Part shown: positions 23,640 through 34,908 of the stretch, in pieces
How positions within the stretch are numbered: the stretch's first letter is position 1
Layout: each line of letters begins with the position of its first letter
Position numbers and translations under genes: made by a program
Notes under the pieces: model-generated
The model's database searches: none
Told to the model about the DNA's origin: nothing
Seen by the model: the letters and a program-made list of their open reading frames with translations, nothing else
Source of the DNA: Nemertoderma westbladi
Taxonomy: Eukaryota; Animalia; Xenacoelomorpha
Direction: 5' to 3'
Length of the DNA stretch: 47,054 nucleotides
Assembly: GCA_032718475.1 (NCBI GenBank)
Contig: JAUCBJ010009024.1
Location: forward strand, 1 to 47,054

Positions 23640-24149
23640 TGAGAGTCACATTATTCAGAGTATTCCCGTATCACGTAACTAGAATATGCATGCAGTTTAT
23701 AGTTTATATACAACAAGACCAATGAGCAGATGACAATAGTAAGTTATTTTAACCGAAATAATAAACGAGAAATAACACCAAAAGTTACAGTTTGATTCAT
23801 GTATACAATTTTTAGGCTGAGGTTTATTCTGGTTTAGGCTGAGACTTGAGTCCATAAATTAAAATATTATAATCATAGGTTTATTATAATAATAATTGTT
23901 ATTTATAATATTTGACAATAATAATTATACATGATTACAATAATACATAATTATTGAAGTAAGATATGACATAAAGTTTTGATATATAAAGACGATTAGT
24001 TCTTTTAAGTCCATTCAAAACAAGGTTTCCATGGTTCCAATTTATTTTCTTTTGTTTTCACTTTCGATGCCTTTTCTTCTTCTCTCCACCTTCGTTATAA
24101 CTGTGAAATAAATTACATATTATGTTATTATCAATATCAGTGTATCAAT

Positions 24150-24415
24150 GTCAGTATGGTTGTTAGAGTTTGTAACAGTGGTGGTAATGTTGTCTGAATT
24201 GGTAACGGTGGTGGTAATGTTTTCTGAGTTGGTAATGGTGCTTAGAGATCGTAACAAAGCTGCTAATCTTATTAGATTTGGTAACGATGCCGCCAAGGTT
24301 GTTCCAGTTCGTAATGGTGGTTGTATTGTTCTTAAAGTTTATAACGATGCTGGTAATATTGTTAGAGTGGGTAACGGTGCTGGTAAGGTTGTTAAGAGTT
24401 CATAACAGTGCTGGT
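24150..24415 (+). repeat. Degenerate 30-bp minisatellite
   Basis: Units like gttgttagagtttgtaacagtgctggtaat. The same family occurs inverted at 32885-33160. Confidence 0.8.
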
Positions 24416-24580
24416 GGGTGGAACGGTAGGGTGTTACAAGTGCGTACAACAGTAGGGTGTTACACATGGATGGAACGGGAGGATGTAACAGGTGTGTCGA
24501 ACGGGAGGGAGTAACAGGTGAAGGGAAAGGAAGGGACTAACAACGGTAGTGTTTTACATGCGGATCGAACGGTAGGGTCT
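24416..24580 (+). repeat. Degenerate ~28-bp tandem repeat
   Basis: Recurrent gaacggtagggtgttaca-like units. Confidence 0.65.
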
Positions 24581-25116
24581 TATTCCCATCCACTTTGCAA
24601 TATTATTTTACTTCAGCTAAAAGTGTGACTGAATTTGAATAAGCTGGATTAAAATCAATCAAATAAGAGTCAAAAATATAAAAATGCAATAAATTTATTT
24701 CCGCTAGACAATATCGAATCTACTTGAAGTACCGGTAATATCTTTCTTAACCTTGTATATTCATTGAGCCTCTACTTCCTCGATCGAACGTATCGTGTCA
24801 CACTTCAAACATACAGGTAAGTTTAAAATTAAATATTTTGCTTGTTTCACTGATAATAGAGTTCACGCATTTATACCAAGGCAGTCAAGGGTTGACTGGC
24901 AAGTAGTAATTATAGAGTTTACATAGTGCATACTCTGCATCTCTATCTGTAATGTGTTTTTTTAACTTGCTTACTGGATTGTTCAATATTTTGATTTAAA
25001 AACTATTATTTGTAACTTATTTAACGGACATTTTGTTATTATTTAGATTTACTCATTTAACTTTACACTTTACGGATGACGGGGCTTGCCATAACGACGC
25101 AACATGACTAACAAAC

Positions 25117-25179
25117 AACTAATACATAATGTAACTGGCATTTGTTTGAAACAAATGCCAGTTACATTATGTATTAGTT
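25117..25179. repeat. Perfect 63-bp palindrome (31-bp arms, 1-nt centre)
   Basis: aactaatacataatgtaactggcatttgttt-g-aaacaaatgccagttacattatgtattagtt. Confidence 0.95.
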
Positions 25180-25424
25180 TGTCAGTCATTTCCTGTGGAA
25201 TGGATCATATATGCAACAAATCTGCAACGATTAGAGAGATAACTTAATAGCCATGTCTGCCGGTACCAATATCAAGAGAAAAGTTAGCATCAGGTGACGA
25301 ATTAACTAATGTATATACCAGTACACTGGCAATTTTTGTCCGAAAAGAAGATCAGAAATATCCTTACTACTCAACATACAGCACTATATCTGATCTGTGT
25401 AGATTTGTTATTTTGTTCCTTTAA

Positions 25425-26975
25425 CCCTATTAGTACCGGGCTATAAAATGTTGTACAAATACCGGGGAGGGGTCATATTGACCCCCCCCTCTAAAATCTA
25501 CAAATATTTACGAAAACGTCTGATTTTTTGTTTGTACGTAGGTATCACTTGTCTGGATCCGACTGAAAAAAAAAATTTTCGAAAAAATGTACTGCGGTGG
25601 TTATATTGCAGCACCAAAATTACAAGTAGTGCACAATTTTCACCAAATTTGAAAGTTACATTTTCGGCTAATTATTTTTCAATACAGGTTTTCTGGGGTG
25701 CAAAATACATTGGAAATATTAAAAAATGATATGATTACTATAAATGGCTGTTTAGTCCTCTCTGCGTAGGAAAAAAATGAAAAAAACAAGTAACCAGCAC
25801 TTTTCAGTTAGAACACAAAATTTGTAATTCACTTATACGATGCTATAAATTCACATTTTCAGGTTTTCGAGGGCGCTGATTCTAATGGAATACATTTCTA
25901 ATATGCCAGATCATTGCTACTTGTATTTTTCGGCGTAATTTGGCAAATTTTGGTGCTAGCACCAAATTTCGTACCCATCACCAAAAAGTACAAGTTTGCC
26001 ATGTTCAGTGCTGTTTTTATTGATTCCATCGGATTCAGGACCCTCATAAACCCGTATAACGCAAGAAACAAGGTGATACTATCTACTTATCAATTTGCAT
26101 ATTTTCCAAAATTTGGTGCTGGCACAACAATTTTCACCCACCGGCGAAAAATACAAGTTTGAGAACTCTTATGAAATTTTTACTGATTCCATTGAATTCA
26201 GAACCATCACAAACCCGTATAACGCAAGAAACAAGGTGACACAATCAATTGATATATTTGATGGTTTTCAAAATTTGGTGCTAGCACCAAATTTTGCACC
26301 CACATCCGAAAAATACAAGTTTGAGATGTCTAGATCGATAATTATATTTTCCATTGAATTCAGAACAGCCATAAACCTCTAAAACGCAAGAAATAAATTG
26401 TCACAAGCAATTTTATCTATTGAATGGATTTTCAAAATTTCGTGCTAGCACCAAAATTTGCACACAGCACCGAAAAATACAAGTTTGATACGCTTGGTGC
26501 AACTCGTATATATTTCATCGAATCCAGAAACCCAAAAAACCCCAATTGCGTAAAAAACAAGTTTCAAACGATCAATTTACAAAATTGACTTATTTCGAAA
26601 TTTGGTGCTGGCACCAAAATTTGGCACCCACCGAAAAAAACAAGTTTGAAATTTCTAAATCAATTTATATGAATTCCATCAAATTTCTAACACCAAAAAA
26701 CCGGTGTAAATCAAAAATAGAGATGTTACAATTCATATTTAATGAAATGTAATTTTCAAAAAACGTCTCAAAAAAAGTGCCAAAAGTAGGGTTAAAAAAT
26801 GGTGCTATAACTCGAAAAGTACCCAATATTTTTGAAAACGGTTTTCACTACTAGGAAGACAATAGATTTTTAGGAAAAGTCATAAAATTTCAGATTCCCA
26901 ACTGCGCTTGTTTCAGAATTATAATAAAAAAACCACGGGGGGGGTCATATTGACCCCCCCCCGGGTTTAATAGGG
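25425..26975. mobile_element. Non-autonomous piggyBac-like DNA transposon
   Basis: TTAA at 25421-25424 and 26976-26979. Ends CCCTATTAGTACCGGG / reverse complement CCCTATTAAACCCGGG. The quasi-palindrome ggggtcatattgacccc lies near both ends. Internal ~160-bp repeats. Confidence 0.88.
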
Positions 26976-27973
26976 TTAAGATAGACGATTTCTGCAAATC
27001 CTTGACAAAAACAAATATTGTTAATAATAATTATAACTCGGTATGTACTGATAGCAACTACTGTATCTTCATATTTTTTAGTTTTTCATTTCATATAGAG
27101 CAGATTTTTGTGAGGATTCCAAATCTGAGAACTGATTAGCAATATATCTATATTCAATATTATTATTATTATACAGCACATTACATTACCTTACCCGCTG
27201 ATGGACAACTTTTAAAATCGAGCATTACTATTTATTACTACAGTATTACTATTTATTATTCGAAATTACACTAACTGTAAGGGCCCATTTATACTCAGCC
27301 GTACGACAACGTCGTGCGGCATCCGTGAGGTCAACGTACGGCCTCATCCATGGCCGTAAGGCGTCATGCATTCAATGATTCCAATACATTTAAATTTGTA
27401 TCAAATATGTTGAAGAACAAGTTTTGTTAGGCCTGTAGAATAGTTATAAAAATCCTAGCTAGTATAGTAAAACAGCAATTTAGTAAATTGCGGGGGGGGG
27501 GGGTGCTACTTTGTACTACTTATAAAATAAATGTACTACGTAAATTACTGTTGTAAAGTACAAGTAAAGTATTGTTGTAAAATGTACTACTTTATTTCAC
27601 TCCTTATGTACCGTATTAGTATGTAATATATTTCATTTTCATACTGTAGCTTTAAGTAATACTATGATAAATCTTGTAGTAGTGCTTTTTATCAAATTTT
27701 TAAATGTAATAAAAATTCAAAATGTGAACCAGATTTTATTTACTCGAAGTGCTTAGTTTTTGCTGTACATTAGTGTTTAAACGGGATTCCGGCAAAAAAT
27801 GTAATCCCGGTTCCGATCCCGACTTTTTTGGAAAGGGATCCCGAAGTATAAATAGTGAAGTAAAATTGTTGAATACCGGAAAAACCGGGAAAATTTTTTG
27901 TCAAAATCGCTCGCCTCCCTGCGTATGCGTAAGTTATGTTCCTCAATCATTTATTAATTTAATATTATTGCAG

Positions 27974-28410
27974 ATAACTGACAATGTTACAACTGCTAAT
28001 ATTACTCAAATCGCTCCGCCAAAACGACCATCCTCGACATCATTGATTCTCGCAAAATTAAATGAGATAATACTGAAGCAAAAGGAGCACGACGTCATTT
28101 TAAAGAGGCTCCTAGAGGTGAAGGAAAATGTGTCCTCTCCAATCCCCGATGGCGATGATATTGATTTAAAGTTGCCACTAAAGTCTATCGACGACTTTCC
28201 TCAGATTGAGGAAATCTTGAAGGAGGGCAGCAGTAGGGACGTCCTAAAGCGTCGAGTTCGTGGGGTTGGTGGCTCCTCCATGGGAGACAATACACGCGCC
28301 GCTATGCTGATGTTAATGACGGATGAGGTGGCGCAGAATGTTAATTGGCGTGGAAAAGGCGGGAAGGTTCCTTTCGGGGAAAAGTTACTATGTAATGTAA
28401 TGACCGAAGG
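27974..28410 (+). pseudogene. DUF4806-like transposon-associated protein fragment
   Basis: Coiled coil followed by LPLKSIDD...GVGGSS...LMTDEVAQNVNWRGKGGKVPF. Preceded by a 45-nt GT-AG intron-like segment (27929-27973). Confidence 0.65.
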
Positions 28411-28899
28411 TCTAAGTAATTCCTCGCTATTTAAAGACGAAGTTGGAGCAAACCAAACAATTCACAAACTATGTCCTGTTGGCAAGTGGTGTAAGTATAA
28501 AAATGGAGACAAACAACACACTCCCAAAACTGTACTAAATGAACAACAACTGCAGCACGTTCTTCCAGTATATAATCGTCTTACAGCTGACGATATAATA
28601 AAGCGGTGCATTCCTGGAATGACTCAAAACCGAAATGAATCTCGACATTCTCGACTTTGGACCCGCATAAACAAGAATCGGTTTGTTGGATATCACACCC
28701 TCCGCTTCCATGTAGCGTACACTGTTCCACCGATCAGCTTATACTGCGTAAACTTGGTCTAGATGAGCCCCAGGGTCTTTCGGATCGAGCAGTGAAGATC
28801 AACAAGAGAAGACAGAGAAAGAGCGCACTAACGGGAACACTGCCAAAACCGAAGAAGCAGAAGATGGATATTTCGAACTATTCGGCTGGAACGTTCTAA
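28411..28899 (+). pseudogene. C-terminal fragment of a Mutator-like/Kolobok-type transposase
   Basis: HKLCPVGKWCKY...PVYNRL...KRCIPGMTQNRNESRHSRLW...K..FVG. A frameshift near 28725 leads into a tail ending YSAGTF*. Confidence 0.75.
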
Positions 28900-30350
28900 G
28901 GACAATTTGTGATTTTTGATCGTTCCCTATTATATTTTATATTGTCATACTCACTATATTTTATTAATTAATTAATATACATCGTATTGGCGATCTTTAC
29001 TTAAAACCGAAAATTCCGCATGTAGCACATGGAGCACTACATGTTAAAAAAAAAAATTCGTAAATTGAGTTATTTTAACTGAAAATATTGCAAAACTAAG
29101 ATATTTTTATCAAACTAATCTGCTTTCGAACTTTAAATTGGATTTATTCCTATTTCATTTTTTTGCACTTTTTTATATTTTAAAATGCTACTACTTGTAG
29201 GGAATTGGTCAAAACTGGCTGATTTTTGGCATGTGTGGTCTTGATGAAGTGTTTTAACTATGCAATTGACAAAAGTTTGAAATTTTGATTTTAACCAAAG
29301 TTATAGTCAAAATTCGAAAGTTTTTGTGACTTTTTCGAGTTTTTTAGTTATTTTTGGTGAAAAATTTCGAAAAAATTGAATAATTTTAAAAGTAAGACAG
29401 ATGTTTAAATTCTGTCAATTGCATCGTTTATAACATTGTTCCGGACATTCGAACCAAATTTTGAACAATTTGAATCAAAATTGCGGTTCTAGAAGCCTTT
29501 TTTTTAAATTTGAATAAATTATGTTAATTAGCAAAATTAAAATTAAAAAAAATTTTTTTTTGCGATTTTCAGTTTTTTGGATCTATATTACATAGGTTTG
29601 CCAAATATTACTATTTTTGAACATAGTCCCGCGCCAAAATTAAGAAAATAAAAACGTCATTCAATTACAGTTTACATAGTCATTACAGTTTAGTTCAATT
29701 ACACTGTAAGTTTTGTGCCCGAAATATAGGGTATTTTGTAGAAGTGCTGACTTTTACCACGCTATTAAGAGCTTTGTTTCATCTTTTATCATTAATATAC
29801 ATATAAACTGAAACCCCTGATATTGACTTATATAATTGTTTTGGTTGTAATAACCTGCCACAGTAACTTGATTATTTCCATTAGTCTGCTTGTTCGTACC
29901 TGCAGTTCCTTGACAACATCCTAGTACCAAATTATTTAGTTATTTAGTTTATAAATAATTATTTATAGCCTCAGACACAATCAATCCGTCACTAAAGATG
30001 ATGCACGGAATCACATCCGTAACGAACTGAAAAGATATCGCGGTGGTTGGGTGATATCTGGATGGGCTTAGTCTGCTGTAATAGATGCAGCTACGGAGCA
30101 GGTAGAACCTGCCAGGTTCCATATAGACTATATACCATATATAGACCATATATCTGAAGCATCCACCAGTACTGTACTGTATTACAGTATTAGTCAATTA
30201 GCCTAGTATTATTATACTTTACATATATACATATACAATAGACCCATTGCAGAGTACTGAAGTATACAGTAGAATTGGTTTCACACAGTGTCAGAGTGTA
30301 GTTCAATCTGATTATACTCTCAAGTTTCTACCAATAATTTATATTTTACA

Positions 30351-30930
30351 ATGAACGAAGACTTACGCACAATAAACATTGATCAGTGGTTGGATGATGG
30401 GGAATTTGTAGGGGAAGTTCCGGTACAGTATCTGAACGCAAGTGAATCTTCTTTACGTATTACGACAAGAAGAAAATTCAGGTGATGAAATATACTCCAG
30501 TATAATACTCTCATGAATCAGAAATTGATTCCGATAGTAATTATATTATATTATACCGAATCAGTCAGGAGGCAGGATCAGAGTCATCCTAGAGTTCCTC
30601 AGGAAATGAAACTATTGCAGCCATTGAGCGCAATACCTATGTATCAAAATCCGGCATAAATACGTTGATTCACCCCCTCTAGCCTCTACCTACCAAATGT
30701 GGGAGAGCTAACATTATAAAGTTTGTGCCTAAAGCATTGATACATCCGGAAAATGAGGACAGTTTTAATCTCTTTATAACTGAAGAAATGCGATATTTAA
30801 TTTTGCGAGAAACAAATCATAGAGGACAAATTGTCTACAATAAGACTATAAACGAAAGTGCAAGTATAAAATTCAGACCATTTTCCATGTTAGAATTTAT
30901 TTTTTGATTAGGTAGCTTAATCTAACACAG
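30351..30930 (+). pseudogene. Degenerate piggyBac transposase N-terminal fragment
   Basis: Acidic N-terminus, then RANII...FNLFITEEMRYLILRETN...LEF, the pattern seen at the start of piggyBac transposases. Several stops and frameshifts. Confidence 0.6.
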
Positions 30931-31306
30931 TACCAGTAACTGTCTATCTTAAACTGCGAACTGAATATTTACAGTGTACCAATGTTTAACTGCTTTGTCT
31001 TTATGATTTTATGACCTTGGGGGCCTAGCCACAAATAATATACATTAATTTGTACTTATATATATACTGCATATGGATATAATATAATTAATATCCATTC
31101 TATGGACATTCTATCCACTTCTCATGTTCTGGAAGACTGGTTGAGAAGTTTCCTGTGGTTCTGATTGTGTGCTACTCTCTAACTAGTGTTGCCCCAGTAA
31201 AAGGGGGTGGAAAATTTCTACCACAAACTACAAGTAGCTACTGATTGGAGTAGCACGCATTCTTAACATTCCTGGGAGACTTTACTGCAAGTCACATCAA
31301 TGCATT

Positions 31307-31465
31307 AATGCCAGTTACATTATGTATTAGTGTTTGTCAGTCATATCCTGTGGAATGGCTCATATATGCAACAAATCTGCAATGATTTGAGAGATAATAG
31401 GAGCCATGTCTGCCGGTACCAACATCAAGAGAAAAGTGACGAATTAACTACTGTACACTGGCGAT
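31307..31465 (+). repeat. Dispersed repeat, second copy of 25155-25335
   Basis: Shares atgccagttacattatgtattag...cctgtggaatgg.tcatatatgcaacaaatctgcaa...gccatgtctgccggtaccaa. Confidence 0.88.
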
Positions 31466-32473
31466 TTTCATGACGGGATCTGAGTTGGCGAAGATCCCGA
31501 CCGGTGTGTGTGTTTAAGTCTTACGGAAATATGCGTCGCCACGTCCGCTTGGCTACTGAAAGGCTGTGGTAGTTCTGAAAGGCCGGAGGCCGAATGAATA
31601 ATTCGAATTATTTACGAACGAATAATTTAACCAACCCGACAGAGCTTCATGTGTCTGCTGGGAATTGCTTCATGGTCAAGGCATCACCTTCTAAACTGCT
31701 CGCCAACACGTTGAGTGAGACTCAACAGGGCTAGTGGGCTGCTAAGGCTAAATCTGTTTTTATTTGGACGTCAAAGGCAAACGTTTCATAATTTTATTTA
31801 ATTTAATTATTGTGCGAATTTTATAGACATTGCAATTTTACCACTTATATAATAAATATAATTATAATATAATAAATATAAATTAAAATATTTATATGCC
31901 AAGCAGCCCGTAGCCAGGATTTTCAAAGGCGCCATTTAGGCGTTACGTAACGTTTCTTCCCAAACCCCCACCCCCAACCCCCTGGCGGGGGGTCGATTCG
32001 GCCCCCCCGCTGTATTTTTGTTAGCATCCAATAAAATCCTACGAAATTTGGGCTGTAGGTGAAAAAATTATCGAAGAACATTTTCAAATCCAAAAAAATG
32101 AAAATTTCATAAGGTGGGTATAATAAATTTCATGAAAAATAGAAGTAGTCCTAGGACAAAACATACATACGTAATTAATATAATCAGCAGCAGTTGATGC
32201 CTAATTCTGAAATATCAATGTTTTCACAGGTATTTTTATAATTTCAAGGAAATGCTAGCTAGTAAAAAAAAAAACTAGCTACACCTTAATAAATAATATA
32301 TAATAATGTTCTCGAACACTTACAATAACAAAAATAAAAAAAATACAGTATTTTTAACATTTCAAAAAGTTCTAGCAAGTAAATAACACTAGCTACCATA
32401 ACAAATATCTCTACTAATGTTCTAGAACATTCACCAATATCAAACAAGCACTAAAAAGTTGCTATCAGGAACT

Positions 32474-32693
32474 GGACAATTCGGTCCCGGACAATTCGGT
32501 CCCGAACAATTCGGTCCTAGGACAATTCGGTCCTAGGACAATTCGGTCCCGGACAATTCTGTCCCGGACAATTCGGTCCCATTTATTTAGTGTTTTGGGA
32601 CCGAATTGTCCAGGACCGAATTGTCCGGGACCGAATTGTCCGGACCGAATTGTCCGGGACCGAATTGTCCGGGACCGAATTGTCCTACACCCC
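32474..32693. mobile_element. Fold-back element with tandem 15-bp repeat arms
   Basis: About 7 copies of ggacaattcggtccc, a ~17-nt AT-rich spacer, then about 6 copies of the reverse complement gggaccgaattgtcc. Confidence 0.85.
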
Positions 32694-32884
32694 CTTATCG
32701 AACATGGCTCTACCTGATAGAGTTGCCGGAATGGATTGAAATATACCAAGCCATATTTCCTCTGAGTCGTACCAACCCGATTTCAGAATATTTAATTTTG
32801 TTGTTTAATTTTATTGAATTTTATTTCAGAATAATAATTCCATTGGAGAACATTGATGCTTTGATTTAGAACAACAATATTCCA

Positions 32885-33160
32885 ACATTGGTGTCTAACA
32901 ACCTTACCAGCACCATTACCAACTCGAACAACATTATCAGCACCATTAACAACAAAAACAATATTACCAGTACCATTACAAACTCTAACAACCATGCCGA
33001 CATTGTTGCCAGATCTAACAAGATTACCAGCACTGTTACAAACTCTAACAACCTTACCAGCACCATTACCAATTCGAACAACATTGTCAGCACCATTACG
33101 AACTCTAACAACCTTATAGTCACCGTTAAAACTCTAACAATCATATGAGCACTGTTACCA
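32885..33160 (-). repeat. 30-bp minisatellite, inverted relative to 24150-24415
   Basis: Units such as actctaacaaccttaccagcaccattacca. Confidence 0.85.
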
Positions 33161-33239
33161 TCCTGTAAAAAATGAGAGTTTATGATGTGAAAGGTTTATG
33201 TATTAGATAATGATTTTATTCTCAGTATTTGTAGCGGAT

Positions 33240-33447
33240 TGTTGGGTCTGCTGGCAGGCGGTCTGTCTGTTGGTCGGTTCTGCGGGAAGGTGGTCTGTTG
33301 GTCGGTTCTGCCTGTCTGCTGGAAGGCGGTCAGTTGGTCGGTTCTGCCGGAAGGCAGTCATTTGGTCGGTTCTGCCGGAATGCGGTGCGGTCTGTTCTAC
33401 CGGAAGGCGCTCTGTTGGTCGGTTCTGCCGGAAGGGGACTGTTGGTT
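33240..33447 (+). repeat. ~28-bp tandem repeat
   Basis: About 7 copies of tgttggtcggttctgccggaaggcggtc. Confidence 0.85.
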
Positions 33448-33543
33448 AATTTTATTAATTGATTAATAGATGTCTGTTATTTATTAATTCACAGATTGCC
33501 ACTTGTAAATAAATAGTGCAATACTTTAACGTCCGAACCTAAG

Positions 33544-34908
33544 ATGTGTCATAAAAGAATAGTTAATTTCAAAATTCTACGTCAGGGCGGAAAGAAGATC
33601 ATAAAACAGAAACGATACCTCCGTTACACAGTCTTGGAAACCTATGCACTTTTTAAAAAAGATATTCCAGATTTGAAGATTTGTAAGTCTAAATTTGCAG
33701 ACCTCCGTCCATGGTATGTGTTACCAATGTCTGAGACCAAACATAATTTTTGTTTGTGCCTTTATCATGAAAATTACAATTATAAGATTAAAGCAATTTC
33801 CAAGTTTTGTGATATACCACTAAGCACTGAGAATGGTATGGTTTGTACGAACAAAGCAAACAAATATAATTGTTACCATCAAAAATGCAATGATTGTATC
33901 CATCTGCAAAAACGAGCTTATCTGCCTAACTTGGAAATTGATGAGAGCACAGTAATAAATTTCAAAGAGTGGAAAATAGTTGGAACTAAGTATGACATCT
34001 ATGACTCGAGTGTGAATTTGAAAGATCTTTTAGACAACATTAATAATGTTGCTACAGCTAAATTTTTGCATCACTGCTACATTAAACAAGAATCCCATAA
34101 CTATTTCAAACAATTGAAATCGGAAATTGAGAATGACAATTCTATAATCATCCAATGCGATTTTTCCCAAAATTATGTAGCATCCAGGCAAAACGAAACC
34201 CAAACGGCGCATTGAAATCCTCCCCAAATTACGCTATTTACAGTATGCACTTGGCACGCAGGGAAGGAATCATGCTACACGATTGTTAGTGATGATAGAA
34301 CAAAAGACAAATTCTGTGTAAATGCTTACTTAACCAAAATTATAGAGCTTGAAAAAATTAAGCACCCCAAGTTGAAAAATATCTACATATTTTCGGATGG
34401 TGCTTCATCTCAGTTTAAAAATAAATACAATTTAGCTAATATGCATAGAATCAAGACTAAATTTGGGCTACATAAAGTGGTTTGGGCCTTCTTTGCTTCC
34501 TACCACGGAAAGGGGGCTGTCGATGGGATTGGCAGAGCAATAAAACGCTATGTCTGGAGACGTGTTAAAGCCAATCAGTTTGTTGTGAAGAACTCTAACG
34601 ATTTCGCTGAATGTACCGATGGAAAAACGGCCATACACACAATTGCTATCAATCAGATAGACAAACTTAACGACGCTGAATTTTATGAAGAAATTGATAA
34701 ACATTTAGTTCCAGGAACTAGAAAATTTCATTATTTTGAATTCAATAATGATCGTAATTTTATTGCCAATATATATCCCAGTGCAACAGAGAATCGAATA
34801 TTTTCCTTTGGTGATGTAACAATTGCTGGTGGTAGCAATGCAAAAAATGCTGAGGCTCAGGATGCTTTTGATAGGGGCGCTGAGGAGAGGTTGAGCAGTT
34901 CACAATAG
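33544..34908 (+). pseudogene. Sola2-like DDD transposase with one in-frame stop
   Basis: Motifs QKRYL, KFADLRP, CLCLYHEN, DFSQNY...Q.AH*N..QITLFT, FSDGASSQFKN, FFASYHGKGAVDGIG..IKR. The two track ORFs share a frame and are separated only by TGA at 34213-34215. Confidence 0.8.

Noticed and set aside
24148-24514. Val/Leu-rich ORFs, also at 32792-33148
   Set aside because: Artefacts of the 30-bp minisatellite, open in several frames.
25448-26752. Short ORFs inside the TTAA element as transposase pieces
   Set aside because: They translate the 160-bp repeats and show no DDD motifs.
32465-32869. GPNCP/GQFGP pentapeptide ORFs
   Set aside because: Translations of the 15-bp repeat arms.
34213-34215. 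Alternative genetic code with TGA as Trp
   Set aside because: Only one clear instance. The long ORFs use TGG for Trp, and the 44387 ORF ends in TGA.
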